A stretch of DNA of 64,000 nt, from the NCBI GenBank assembly GCA_963817385.1, contig CAWFOM010000020.1, positions 1 through 64,000 of the forward strand, in the 5' to 3' direction. The position numbers were made by a program, and so were the translations under genes. Shown piece by piece: positions 38,367 through 48,044 of the stretch. Below the pieces are notes generated by a model, which did no database searches, was not told the origin of the DNA, and saw nothing but the letters and a program-made list of their open reading frames with translations. This stretch comes from an uncultured delta proteobacterium. Its GTDB lineage: Bacteria; Desulfobacterota; Syntrophia; Syntrophales; UBA5619. Each line of letters starts with the position of its first letter. The stretch's first letter is position 1.

Positions 38367-39524
38367 TTATAAGAACCTCATGATCACCGGTATGGCGACG
38401 AAGGTTCCGATGGAGGTGGTCAGGTTGACGACGGCGACGAGCAACAAGAGCCGCGTGATCTTGTTCCGGAAAAAACCCCGGACCGAGGTGATGTCGTCGG
38501 TCAACGCCAGGAAGTCCTTGACCTGGGGCTTCCTCAGCGACGCCTCCGCCAGGCCGGCGACCCAGCCGGCGGCGATCAGGGGGTGCAGAGTGGTGATGGG
38601 GGCGGAGAGGGCCGAGGCCAAGATCGTCAGCGGGTGGGCCAGGAGGAGCAGCGCCCCGAGGCCCGCGAAACCGGCGGTGATCAGCGCCCACCAGGTGATC
38701 ATCTTCAGGCTCGCCTGGGAGCCCGAATAGAAGAAACCGGCAACGAAGAGGCCCACGATGGCGAGCGAGAAGAACCACCCGGCGAACCGGCCCCAGATCC
38801 CCTTCTCGGGGATCCGGTTGAGCAGTTCGAGGTCGATTTCCTCATCGAGGTGTTCAAGGATGCCCGGCACGTGGCCGGCGCCCACGACCGCCACAATCCG
38901 GGCGCCCGGCGCATGGCCGATCGTGTGGGCGAGGTAGAGATCCCGCTCGTCGATCAGGGTGGTCTTGAGCCCCGGCAGCTTCTCTCCGACGGTCTGCAGG
39001 GCGAGTTCGAGGACGTCGTGCTGCTTGAGCTTTTCAACCTCCTCCTCGGTGATCTCATCGGTGGCGAAGAGCGACAGAAGGACCTCGGGGAGGAACTTCA
39101 CCTTGCTCCAGAAGCTCATCTTCCGCCAGGTGCGCAGGAGCGTCACCCGGATCTCCCGGTCGGCGAGGACGATCTCGGCCCCGATCTCTTCCGCCCGGAC
39201 GATGGCCCTGAGCATCTCCTCGCCCGGGGTGATGTTGAATTTCTGGGCGATCTTCCGCTGGAGGGAGGCCATGATGAGTTGGGAAAGGAGGATGGAGGTC
39301 CGCTTCTCCCGAATCACCTTGACGATGTCGGTCTGCTGCCACTTGTCCCGCTGCTGGATCGCCTCATAGCGGGGACGGCAGAGCTCGACGCAGACCGTAT
39401 CCGGCTTCTCTTCGGCGATGACCCGCTCCACCAGGTCGGCGCTCTCCCGGGAGACATGGGCCGTTCCGATCAGGATGATCTCCCGGCCTTCACGGATGAT
39501 GCGGTGGAGATTCTGGTTTTCCAA
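38367..39524 (-). CDS. TraB/PrgY/GumN-family membrane metalloprotease-like protein
   Basis: GTAHVS, VELC, GEEM, ERD, VGAGH, plus C-terminal TM helices. Confidence 0.9.
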   Translation of the reverse strand: MENQNLHRIIREGREIILIGTAHVSRESADLVERVIAEEKPDTVCVELCRPRYEAIQQRDKWQQTDIVKVIREKRTSILLSQLIMASLQRKIAQKFNITPGEEMLRAIVRAEEIGAEIVLADREIRVTLLRTWRKMSFWSKVKFLPEVLLSLFATDEITEEEVEKLKQHDVLELALQTVGEKLPGLKTTLIDERDLYLAHTIGHAPGARIVAVVGAGHVPGILEHLDEEIDLELLNRIPEKGIWGRFAGWFFSLAIVGLFVAGFFYSGSQASLKMITWWALITAGFAGLGALLLLAHPLTILASALSAPITTLHPLIAAGWVAGLAEASLRKPQVKDFLALTDDITSVRGFFRNKITRLLLLVAVVNLTTSIGTFVAIPVIMRFL

Positions 39525-39686
39525 ATGGTTTCCCTCTCAACGCTCTTTTGGGGAGGTCATTACCAATATTCGCCCCGGATGTAAAGGGAAATGGTTTACG
39601 GATGTTCCGGATGGTGCTAAAAAGACCGGTCATGCGAGTCGTGCGAACTCCCTTCTGTGCGGGTGAGAAAAGCGGAAAAGAGTAGA

Positions 39687-40898
39687 ATGGGCGAAGTCTT
39701 GAAGATCGGCGATCGTGTTGAAACGGTAATCGGGGATGTGGCCTTCGGCGGCGACGGCGTCGGACGGGTTTCCGATCTGGTCCTGTTCGTCCCCTTCGCC
39801 GTCGACGGGGATGAAGTGGAGATCGAGATCACCGAAGTGAAGAAGCGGTATGCCCGGGGGAGCCTTGTCCGGATCGTCACCCCGTCCCGCCACCGGGTGG
39901 CGGCTCCCTGCCCGTATTATACGCGCTGCGGCGGGTGCCGGATGCAGCATATCGAGTATGCCCATCAACTGGAGCTCAAGGAGCGGCAGGTCCTGCAGTC
40001 GTTCGGACGGATCGCGAAACTCCCGCTGCCACCGGCGGTGCCGGCGATCCCCTCGCCGCTGCCCTACGGTTATCGGGGAAAGGCGGAGTTCCATCTCGCG
40101 GGGGGGAGGGGAGGGGGGCGGCTGGGGCTGATGGCCCTGGCGACGAACGATCTCGTCGAAGTGGAGCGGTGCGGGATCGTCGATGAGTCGATCAACCGCA
40201 AATACGCGGAGCTCCGGGAAGCCCTCCGGTCAGGATCCGTCCGGATCGGGGGCGATCGGCAGGCGATCTGGTCGGACGAGCCGGGCGAACCCCCGACGGA
40301 GATGGTGATCGGATTCGGGAAAGCGCCGGATGTCACCCGGATCGTCCGGGGAAAGCGGATCGCCGTTCCCTGCCGGGGCTTCTTTCAGGCGAATGCCGCC
40401 CTTGTCGGGGAGCTGGTCGATCAGGTTGTCGGGATGAGCGGGCTGACCGGCCGGGAGACGGTCATCGACGCCTACGGCGGCGCGGGACTCTTTTCGCTGT
40501 TTCTCGGTGAGCGGGCCGGGCGGCTCTTCGGGATCGAAGGGGACCCGGAGGCGGCGCGCTGTGCGGGGATCAATCTACGCCGTCACGGCCTTGCGCAGGC
40601 GGATTTTTTTTGCGGCGACGTGGCGGCGGTTCTCGAAAAAGAGTTCGTGCGGCGCCGGGTGACGGCCGATGTGGTTGTCCTCGACCCGCCCCGCGACGGC
40701 TGCGGCGGGGGCACCCTCGAAAGCGTGGCGGCCCTCCGCCCGGAGCGGATCGTCTATGTCTCCTGCAATCCCGCCACCCAGGCGCGGGACGTGAGGCATC
40801 TCTCCAACCATGGCTATGCCCTCCGTCGACTCCACCCGCTCGATATGTTTCCGCAGACGGCCCATATCGAGGTCGTCGCCCTCCTGGCAAGGGGGTAA
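39687..40898 (+). CDS. rlmD: RlmD/TrmA-family RNA (uracil-5)-methyltransferase with TRAM domain
   Basis: TRAM N-terminus, CPYYTRCGGC, FFQAN, DPPR, YVSCNP, DMFPQTAHIE. Confidence 0.88.
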   Translation: MGEVLKIGDRVETVIGDVAFGGDGVGRVSDLVLFVPFAVDGDEVEIEITEVKKRYARGSLVRIVTPSRHRVAAPCPYYTRCGGCRMQHIEYAHQLELKERQVLQSFGRIAKLPLPPAVPAIPSPLPYGYRGKAEFHLAGGRGGGRLGLMALATNDLVEVERCGIVDESINRKYAELREALRSGSVRIGGDRQAIWSDEPGEPPTEMVIGFGKAPDVTRIVRGKRIAVPCRGFFQANAALVGELVDQVVGMSGLTGRETVIDAYGGAGLFSLFLGERAGRLFGIEGDPEAARCAGINLRRHGLAQADFFCGDVAAVLEKEFVRRRVTADVVVLDPPRDGCGGGTLESVAALRPERIVYVSCNPATQARDVRHLSNHGYALRRLHPLDMFPQTAHIEVVALLARG

Positions 40899-40946
40899 TC
40901 GGCGCCAACGTCGTGAGGTATTCACTTGGAAGGCTGAATAGTTAGC

Positions 40947-42344
40947 CTAGGATACTGCCTTATCTGCTGTTTCCTTTCCCGAAGGCATAAGAAAGACAAG
41001 CGGAATGGCACAGAGAAGCCCCAGACCAAACAATATGAAGGTTATTGTAAAACCGATGGCGGGGGTGGGACTCGTATGAAGAATAATCGTTATTAATGAA
41101 ATGCCAAACGCCCCTCCAACCGATCGAAACATTCCGCGCAGCCCGGTGATGGTCGCTACTTTTTCAGGCATCAGTTCGATGCAGGCATTGTTCGATGCGG
41201 GTAGCGCCATCCCCATACCCGCTCCGGTTACCATCATGAGGATCGCCAACGTTTCAGCCGCACCAAAATGGATGCCGAGCATACTGAATAGTTGAAAACG
41301 CTGGTCGCCCAGAAGGCTTGTTGAAAGGGAGATGACGATCACCCCCAATATCATCGGCCAGCGGTAACCCCATTGTTTGAGGAGAAAGCTGGTGATAAAT
41401 GCGGTTGCGATAACCGTTAAAGAGCGGGGAGTCAGTATTACACCGCTCATCAAGGTGGATAACTTGTGTACGGAGGTGGCATAGAGGGGAATAAAAGCAA
41501 AGATTCCCATAATTCCGGCCCCTAACATCATATTATAGAGGTTTGCCGCCAGGAAAGGCGTTGACCTCAAGAGCGGTATGTCCAAAATCGGGTCGGGGTC
41601 CTTTTTTTCATGACGGTAAAACAGGAAAAAGAAAGAACTGCTGATGACGAAGAATACGACTGCACTGAGAAGCGAGGCGATGGAGAAATTCTCTGCGATA
41701 AGATTCAATCCGAGCATGAGGGAGAGTATTGCTCCAAAAAAAAGAGAGGCCCCCACGATATCGATATGGGGACGGAAAAGGGGCTTCGAGCCTTTCAGTA
41801 AAATTATGATCGCAGCCATCACCATGATACCGATCGGCAAGTTGATATAGAAAATGTACCGCCAGGAATAGTTACTCAAAAGCCAGCCCCCCAGGTTCGG
41901 ACCGATGATCCCCCCTATGGGAAAGATACTGGTGAATAGACCGATTACCCTCTCCCGATTCTCGGGGAATTGATCGCTCACTATGCCGGCCGCCGTCGGG
42001 AGAAAACTTGCCCCTCCAATCCCTTGAATGAACCTGAATGCCAGCAAGCTGTAAATATTGGAAGCCAGACCGCAGGCGAAGGAACTGGCGGTAAAAAGGA
42101 CAAGAGAGGTGAGAAAAACTTTTTTGCGGCCGAAGCTATCGCTTAACTTGCCCATCAACGGCATGACACTTGTAACGGCAACCAGATAAATTGAGACGGT
42201 CCATGCAGCCCAGAGGACATTGGTATTTAAGTCTTTGATGAAGTGGGGGAAGGCTACTGCCACGACCGTACTGTCGATGGAATACATCAGAAGACTCAAT
42301 CCGGCGGAAGCGAAAATGAGGTAACGACGCATCTTAAGAATCAC
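40947..42344 (-). CDS. MFS drug/metabolite efflux transporter (DHA2, EmrB/QacA-like)
   Basis: GKLSDSFGRK motif A, WRYIFYINLPIG, about 14 TM; visibly AT-richer than flanks. Confidence 0.88.
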   Translation of the reverse strand: MILKMRRYLIFASAGLSLLMYSIDSTVVAVAFPHFIKDLNTNVLWAAWTVSIYLVAVTSVMPLMGKLSDSFGRKKVFLTSLVLFTASSFACGLASNIYSLLAFRFIQGIGGASFLPTAAGIVSDQFPENRERVIGLFTSIFPIGGIIGPNLGGWLLSNYSWRYIFYINLPIGIMVMAAIIILLKGSKPLFRPHIDIVGASLFFGAILSLMLGLNLIAENFSIASLLSAVVFFVISSSFFFLFYRHEKKDPDPILDIPLLRSTPFLAANLYNMMLGAGIMGIFAFIPLYATSVHKLSTLMSGVILTPRSLTVIATAFITSFLLKQWGYRWPMILGVIVISLSTSLLGDQRFQLFSMLGIHFGAAETLAILMMVTGAGMGMALPASNNACIELMPEKVATITGLRGMFRSVGGAFGISLITIILHTSPTPAIGFTITFILFGLGLLCAIPLVFLMPSGKETADKAVS

Positions 42345-42783
42345 CTTTACAACAGACGCCTGTTAAGTTTAAGCCACGTCGATCAGCTTCTCCCGATACG
42401 CTGGGTCGAATTTGTCATCCGGGTTCGCTGCCCGGTTTCCCGAGCGTGCGAAGGAATCACGATCGTCTCATTTTCCCTGATGCCACGAAGAACGGGAATC
42501 ACCTTGCCATCATCCATATCATAATTCATATCAAAACGAACGATCAAGAACATAAATGATCGTGGAACGGAATCCCGTGTAACCTCGAGTTTGAAGATTT
42601 CCGGATATCTGCAATGATCAAATGGAACAGTTGGGGGATCAGTTTCCCAAAACAGTAAAGAGGGTTGGTCATTGATATAATCAGGAAAATGTACTAAAAG
42701 CGGTGGTCAATCCGAATCGAGGGAGGGGTGCATCACCATGAAGAAGAATAGGACGGGACCTTCTCCTGCCTGGGTGAGCGGCA

Positions 42784-43563
42784 ATGGTTATTGATACCCA
42801 TGCGCATCTGGAGATGAAGGCGTTTGACGGCGACCGGGAAGCCGTTCTCGAACGGGCGGCCGCGGCGGGACTCACGGCCATCATCTCGGTTGGAACGACC
42901 CTTCCCGACTGTGAAAAGGCCGTGGCGTTGGCCCGGCGATACCCGCCGGTCTATGCGGCCGTCGGCATCCACCCCCACGAGGTGAAGGAGATCGACGCTT
43001 CGACGTATGACGCGCTCCGGTTCCTCGCCCGTGAGAAGAAGGTGGTCGCGATCGGCGAAATCGGCCTCGATTTCTTCTATGACCTCTCCCCGCGGGAGGT
43101 GCAACTCCGGCGGTTTACGGAACAGCTTGATCTCGCAGAAGATCTTGATCTTCCGGTGATCATCCACGACCGGGACGCCCATGCGGAGACGCTCGGGATC
43201 CTCCGGCCGCGGAAGGGGCGTCTGCGGGGGGTGCTCCACTGCTTTTCCGGAGACGGGGCCATGGCCCGGGAGTGCATCGCGCTCGGATTCCATCTCTCCG
43301 TGGCGGGTCCCGTGACCTACCGAAAAGCCGACCAGCTCCGGGAGGTGGCACGGGAGATCCCTCCGGAGCGGCTACTCATCGAGACCGATGCCCCGTACCT
43401 CTCGCCGCAGCCGTATCGGGGAACGCGCAACGAGCCGGCCTATGTCGTGGAGACGGCCCGACGCCTGGCGGAGATCCGGGGGATACCGGCCGGGGAACTG
43501 GAGCGGCTGACCGCGGCCAACGCCCGCCGTCTCTTCGGGATAGGCGAAGAACAGCCGGCCTGA
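42784..43563 (+). CDS. tatD: TatD-family hydrolase
   Basis: DTHAH, GIHPH, GEIGLD, HCFSG, ETDAPY. Confidence 0.95.
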   Translation: MVIDTHAHLEMKAFDGDREAVLERAAAAGLTAIISVGTTLPDCEKAVALARRYPPVYAAVGIHPHEVKEIDASTYDALRFLAREKKVVAIGEIGLDFFYDLSPREVQLRRFTEQLDLAEDLDLPVIIHDRDAHAETLGILRPRKGRLRGVLHCFSGDGAMARECIALGFHLSVAGPVTYRKADQLREVAREIPPERLLIETDAPYLSPQPYRGTRNEPAYVVETARRLAEIRGIPAGELERLTAANARRLFGIGEEQPA

Positions 43564-43691
43564 AGCCCGCCCTCTTCCTCCGCGATCCTTCCCGGTGCGC
43601 AAGCTTGATAAGTCTCATCGACCGTGTTACGCATCCGCGGCCGAGGAATCGGTCTTGATTTCAGGGGGTGTTTGGAGTAAAACAATGCCGT

Positions 43692-43768
43692 AGAGCAAGG
43701 GGTGCCGCGTTGGGCTGAGAAGATACCCGTTGAACCTGATCTGGGTAATGCCAGCGTAGGGAGTGGCG
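43692..43768 (+). ncRNA. TPP (THI-box) riboswitch
   Basis: GGGGUGCC...GGCUGAGA..AUACCC.UUGAACCUGAUCUGGGUAAUGCCAGCGUAGGGA; upstream of thiamine genes. Confidence 0.96.
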
Positions 43769-43795
43769 ATCGGTACATGATGCGTGAATCTCATC

Positions 43796-43837
43796 AGGGG
43801 CCATCTCCCTTACCGGGGCGTGGCCCCTTTATCATTT
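43796..43837 (+). terminator. Terminator forming the TPP riboswitch expression platform
   Basis: AGGGGCCA...TGGCCCCT stem followed by TTATCATTT. Confidence 0.6.
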
Positions 43838-43887
43838 ACCGCGTTTTGCTGCCGGAGAGGTCCGGAACCGGGGGAATGGTCGTCATC

Positions 43888-44565
43888 ATGAAGGAGTTGA
43901 TTTTTATCGTTACCGGAGGGGAGCTCGGCGATCCGGCGTTTCTCCGGGAGCAGATGGCGGCAGTGAAACCTGCGGCGGTGATCTGTGCCGACCGAGGCGC
44001 CCGTCATCTGCAGGCCGCGGGGATCGTTCCCACGCTCATCGTCGGCGATATGGATTCCCTGGATGCGGAAAGCGCGAGGCTCTATGAGGCGCAGGGCTGC
44101 CGGTTCATCCGCCATCCCCAAGAGAAAGACGAAACCGACACGGAACTCGCGCTCGGCGAGGCCTTCAGGATGGCGCCTGCGGAGGTCTGGATCTGGGGGG
44201 CGATGGGGTTTCGGATAGACCACACCCTGGCAAATCTTTCGCTCCTTGTCCAGGGGGCCGAGCAGGGTGTCGAGGTCAAGCTGATCGATGAGTGGTGCGA
44301 GGTGTTCCTCGTCACCCGGCGGACGGTTCTCGAAGGGGAAAAGGGGCAGACCGTGTCTCTCCTTCCGTTCGCGGGGGAAGTTGCCGGCGTTACGCTTACC
44401 GGTTTCGAATATCCCCTGACGAAGGCGGTCCTGGCAGTTGGGCACCCTCGCGGGACCAGCAATCGGTTGGTTGCGCGTCGGGGGATCATTGAACTGGAGA
44501 CGGGATGCCTCCTGGCGGTGAGGTATTTCCGGCCGGGGGATTTCCCGGGAGAGGTCAAACGATGA
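43888..44565 (+). CDS. thiN: Thiamine diphosphokinase
   Basis: CADRGA, VGDMDS, EKDETDTELAL, RIDHTLANL, SN; alternative start at 43876. Confidence 0.93.
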   Translation: MKELIFIVTGGELGDPAFLREQMAAVKPAAVICADRGARHLQAAGIVPTLIVGDMDSLDAESARLYEAQGCRFIRHPQEKDETDTELALGEAFRMAPAEVWIWGAMGFRIDHTLANLSLLVQGAEQGVEVKLIDEWCEVFLVTRRTVLEGEKGQTVSLLPFAGEVAGVTLTGFEYPLTKAVLAVGHPRGTSNRLVARRGIIELETGCLLAVRYFRPGDFPGEVKR

Positions 44566-45404
44566 AACCGGTCAGGATACTCACGATCGCCGGGTCCGAT
44601 TCCGGCGGGGGAGCGGGGATACAGGCGGATCTCAAGACGATCACGGTTCTCGGAGGATTCGGGATGAGCGTCGTTACGGCGCTCACGGCCCAGAACACTC
44701 TCGGGGTCCACGGCATTTTCGACGTGCCGCCGGAGTTCATCGCGGCGCAGTTCGATGCAGTGGCGGGCGACATCGGCGTGGATGCGGCCAAGACAGGAAT
44801 GCTCGCCGGTTCGGAGGTCATCCGGACGGTGGCGGGAAAGGTCCGCCAGTACCGGATTGCAAAGCTCGTCGTCGATCCGGTGATGGTGGCCAAAGGCGGG
44901 GCGTCGCTCATCCGCGAGGAGGCCAAGAAGACCCTGATCGCGGAATTGATCCCGCTCGCCTTCGTCCTGACGCCGAACATCCCCGAGGCAGAAGTCCTCT
45001 CCGGTATCCGGATCGGAACTCTTGACGACATGAAGAAAGCGGCGCTGGTCATCCACGGCCTGGGGGCGCGGCATGTGGTCGTGAAGGGCGGGCATCTCTC
45101 CGGGGATGCGGTGGATCTCCTTTACGACGGAAACGAATTCCGGGAGTTTGCCGCACCGCGGATCGCGACGGCGGACACCCACGGGACGGGCTGCACCTAT
45201 TCGGCGGCGATCGCGACCGCCCTGGGCTTCGGAAAAGATGTCCCCGCGGCCGTGGCGGAGGCCAAGCGCTACATCACCGCCGCGGTGCGTCACGCGTGGC
45301 GGGTGGGCGGAGGGCACGGACCCACGAACCACCTGGCGCCGCTCTTCGATGCCGGCGACGGGATGACGGCGACACGGCCGGCGGGGTGGGAATCGGCCGG
45401 CTAA
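44562..45404 (+). CDS. thiD: Hydroxymethylpyrimidine/phosphomethylpyrimidine kinase
   Basis: IAGSDSGGGAGIQADLKT, DPVM, TPN, KGGH, HGTGCT. Confidence 0.97.
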   Translation: MKPVRILTIAGSDSGGGAGIQADLKTITVLGGFGMSVVTALTAQNTLGVHGIFDVPPEFIAAQFDAVAGDIGVDAAKTGMLAGSEVIRTVAGKVRQYRIAKLVVDPVMVAKGGASLIREEAKKTLIAELIPLAFVLTPNIPEAEVLSGIRIGTLDDMKKAALVIHGLGARHVVVKGGHLSGDAVDLLYDGNEFREFAAPRIATADTHGTGCTYSAAIATALGFGKDVPAAVAEAKRYITAAVRHAWRVGGGHGPTNHLAPLFDAGDGMTATRPAGWESAG

Positions 45405-45417
45405 GGGAGGAATCGCG

Positions 45418-46632
45418 ATGGAAAAGACGCAGCTCAGCGGGGTCAACCTCTTTTTTCTCTGGTTCGGCGCAGCGGTATCGGTTGCCGAGATCCTGACGGG
45501 GGGCTACCTCGCCGAACTCGGGGCGGTGAAGGGGCTCTGGGCCATTATCCTGGGACACCTGGCGGGGACGCTGCTCCTGGTCCTCGCCGGCCTGATCGGA
45601 TTCAGGGAGCGGCTCCCGGCCATCATGTCCACCCGGATCTCCTTCGGGAAGCAGGGATCATACCTCATCTCGCTCATCAACATCCTCCAACTCGTCGGCT
45701 GGACCGCGATCATGGTTATCGAAGGGGGGACGGCGATGAACGTGATTGCCCGCACCCTGTGGCATTTCGACCGGCCGACCCTGATGTACTGCCTGATCGG
45801 CTTACTCGTCGGCCTCTGGGTATTCTGGGGGGTCAAGGGGTTCAAGAGGATCAATACCCTCGCTTCAGCGCTCCTGTTGATTCTCACCATCGTGATGAGC
45901 TGGGTTGTCTTCACCCACCCGTCCGCTGCTGCGGAGGCGGCCAAGCAGAAGGGACCGTTCGGGATGGGGTTCGAACTGTCGATCATCATGCCGCTGAGCT
46001 GGTTCCCCCTGATTGCCGACTACACCTCGCTTGCCCGGTCGAAGCGCGGGGCGCTCATCGCCCCGTTCTGCGGATACTTCCTCGGGAGCTGCTGGATGTA
46101 TGCGATCGGGATGGCCGGCGGGCTCCTCTCCGGATCGCCCGACCCCACCAAGATCATGCTGGCCGCGAACCTCGGACTCACGGCGCTGGCCATCCTGGGC
46201 CTTTCCACCGTGACGACCACCTTTCTCGATGTCTATTCGGCCGGCGTTTCGCTTATCAACATCTTTCCCGGCGTCAATGACCGGATGGCCGCGGTCGCCT
46301 TCACTCTGATCGGCACCGGCATCGCCCTCGTCTTTCCGATCGACCGGTACACCGATTTTCTCTACCTGCTGGGGTCGGTCTTTTCGCCCCTGATCGCCAT
46401 CCTCCTGCTCGATTATTTCCTCATCGGCTGCGACAACCGCGACCGCCGGACGGATGCGGTTGCCACCGTCTCCCTTGTGGCGGGATTCGCCTTTTACCAT
46501 CTCGTCAAAGCCCAGGAGATCCCCATCGGCCCCACGCTGACGACCATCGTCTTTACCGCGGCCTTGCACGCCATCCTCCGAAGACGGGGGCGGCGGGAAA
46601 AAGCCCCGGGAGGCGGGCGTGTCGAGAGCTGA
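45418..46632 (+). CDS. cytX: Putative hydroxymethylpyrimidine transporter (NCS1 family)
   Basis: LWFGAAVSVAEI, MPLSW.PLIADY, STVTTTFLD; under the TPP riboswitch. Confidence 0.9.
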   Translation: MEKTQLSGVNLFFLWFGAAVSVAEILTGGYLAELGAVKGLWAIILGHLAGTLLLVLAGLIGFRERLPAIMSTRISFGKQGSYLISLINILQLVGWTAIMVIEGGTAMNVIARTLWHFDRPTLMYCLIGLLVGLWVFWGVKGFKRINTLASALLLILTIVMSWVVFTHPSAAAEAAKQKGPFGMGFELSIIMPLSWFPLIADYTSLARSKRGALIAPFCGYFLGSCWMYAIGMAGGLLSGSPDPTKIMLAANLGLTALAILGLSTVTTTFLDVYSAGVSLINIFPGVNDRMAAVAFTLIGTGIALVFPIDRYTDFLYLLGSVFSPLIAILLLDYFLIGCDNRDRRTDAVATVSLVAGFAFYHLVKAQEIPIGPTLTTIVFTAALHAILRRRGRREKAPGGGRVES

Positions 46633-47944
46633 AGCCGCCGCCGTCGTCCGCCGCCTGCGGGAGGCCGGCCACGAGGCCTTCTGGGTGGGAGGGTGCGTCC
46701 GCGATCTCATCCGCGGCGTAACCCCCACGGATTTCGACATTGTCACCTCGGCCCGTCCGGAGGAGGTCCAAACCCACTTCCCCCGGACGATCGCCGTGGG
46801 CGCACGCTTCGGCGTTGTCGTCGTCAGCAAGGGGGAAGGCCTTTACGAAGTGGCGACCTTCCGGACCGAGGCTGATTACGACGACGGACGCCGTCCCTCC
46901 CGGATCGCCTTTGCGACGGCCGAAGAGGATGTCCGCCGGCGTGATTTCACAATCAACGGCCTCCTCATGGATCCGGAGACCGGCCGGATAGTCGATCATG
47001 TGGAGGGATGCCGCGACATCGAGCGGCGCCTCATCCGGACGATCGGCGATCCGGGGGAGCGGTTCGCCGAGGACCACCTGCGGATGCTCCGGGCCGTCCG
47101 CTTCGCGGCCACGCTCGATTTTGCGATCGAAGAGGCGACCTTCGCGGCCGTCCGGCGTCAGGCCGCCGCCATCCGGCGGATCAGCGCCGAGCGGATCCGG
47201 GACGAACTGGGCAAAATCTTGGTGGGCGGCCGGGCGCGCCGCGGCATGGAGCTCCTCGCCGAAAGCGGCCTGATCAAAGAGATCCTCCCGGAGGCGGCGA
47301 TCCTCCGGGGCGTCGGCCAGCCCCCGGTTTTCCATCCCGAGGGGGATGTCTGGGAACACACCCTGCGGATGCTCGACCTCCTGCCTGCGGGCGCCGATCC
47401 GCGTCTCGCCTGGGGGGTCCTGCTGCACGACGTCGGGAAGGCGGAGACCCGTTTCGAGGATGCCGCCGGCGTCCATTTCTACGGCCATGTCCGGCGGGGC
47501 GAGGAGATCGCCGCCGCTATCCTCTCCCGACTCCGCTTCTCCCGGCAGGAGACGGAGAGCATATGCGCCCTCGTCCGGAGCCATATGCTCTTCATGAATG
47601 TCCGCGAGATGCGGCCAAACCGCTTGAAGCGTTTTCTGCGGATGCCGGATTTCCCCCTCCACCTGGAGCTCCACCGCCTCGACTGCCTCGGGAGCCACGG
47701 CCTCCTCGACAATTACGAGTTCTGCCGGGAGCAGCTGAAGGCGTATTCCGAGGAGGAGCTCCGCCCGCCCCCGCTTCTGAACGGCGAGGACCTCATCTCG
47801 ATGGGCTATACGCCCGGCCCGCTGTTCAAGGAGATCCTCAGAGCCGTTGAGGACGCCCAACTGGGAGGCGAGATCGCCACCCCCGGGGAGGCGCGGCGCC
47901 TGGTCCGGAAGCGGTGGGGGAGCCCACTCCCGCCGATCTCCTGA
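46619..47944 (+). CDS. cca: Class II CCA-type tRNA nucleotidyltransferase with HD domain
   Basis: VGGCVRD, DFD, EDVRRRDFTIN, LRAVRF, ERIRDEL, HPEGDV..H, LLHDVGK; CCA- versus A-adding specificity not resolvable. Confidence 0.85.
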   Translation: MSRAEAAAVVRRLREAGHEAFWVGGCVRDLIRGVTPTDFDIVTSARPEEVQTHFPRTIAVGARFGVVVVSKGEGLYEVATFRTEADYDDGRRPSRIAFATAEEDVRRRDFTINGLLMDPETGRIVDHVEGCRDIERRLIRTIGDPGERFAEDHLRMLRAVRFAATLDFAIEEATFAAVRRQAAAIRRISAERIRDELGKILVGGRARRGMELLAESGLIKEILPEAAILRGVGQPPVFHPEGDVWEHTLRMLDLLPAGADPRLAWGVLLHDVGKAETRFEDAAGVHFYGHVRRGEEIAAAILSRLRFSRQETESICALVRSHMLFMNVREMRPNRLKRFLRMPDFPLHLELHRLDCLGSHGLLDNYEFCREQLKAYSEEELRPPPLLNGEDLISMGYTPGPLFKEILRAVEDAQLGGEIATPGEARRLVRKRWGSPLPPIS

Positions 47945-48044
47945 ACGAAAACATCAGCTATTGATCGCTTGCATTTTCTTGTCATTTTCATAAGAATGGG
48001 GCCGCGGGAGCTGCCAATTGCTTTCAAGAGACGGAATTTTTACC

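Noticed and set aside
38367..39524. Conjugation gene or mobile element, suggested by the TraB name
   Set aside because: TraB/PrgY/GumN family is unrelated to conjugative T4SS TraB; no mobility genes nearby.
44082..47860. Long minus-strand ORFs (454, 321 and 435 aa)
   Set aside because: Antisense to thiN/thiD/cytX/cca; no recognisable domains.
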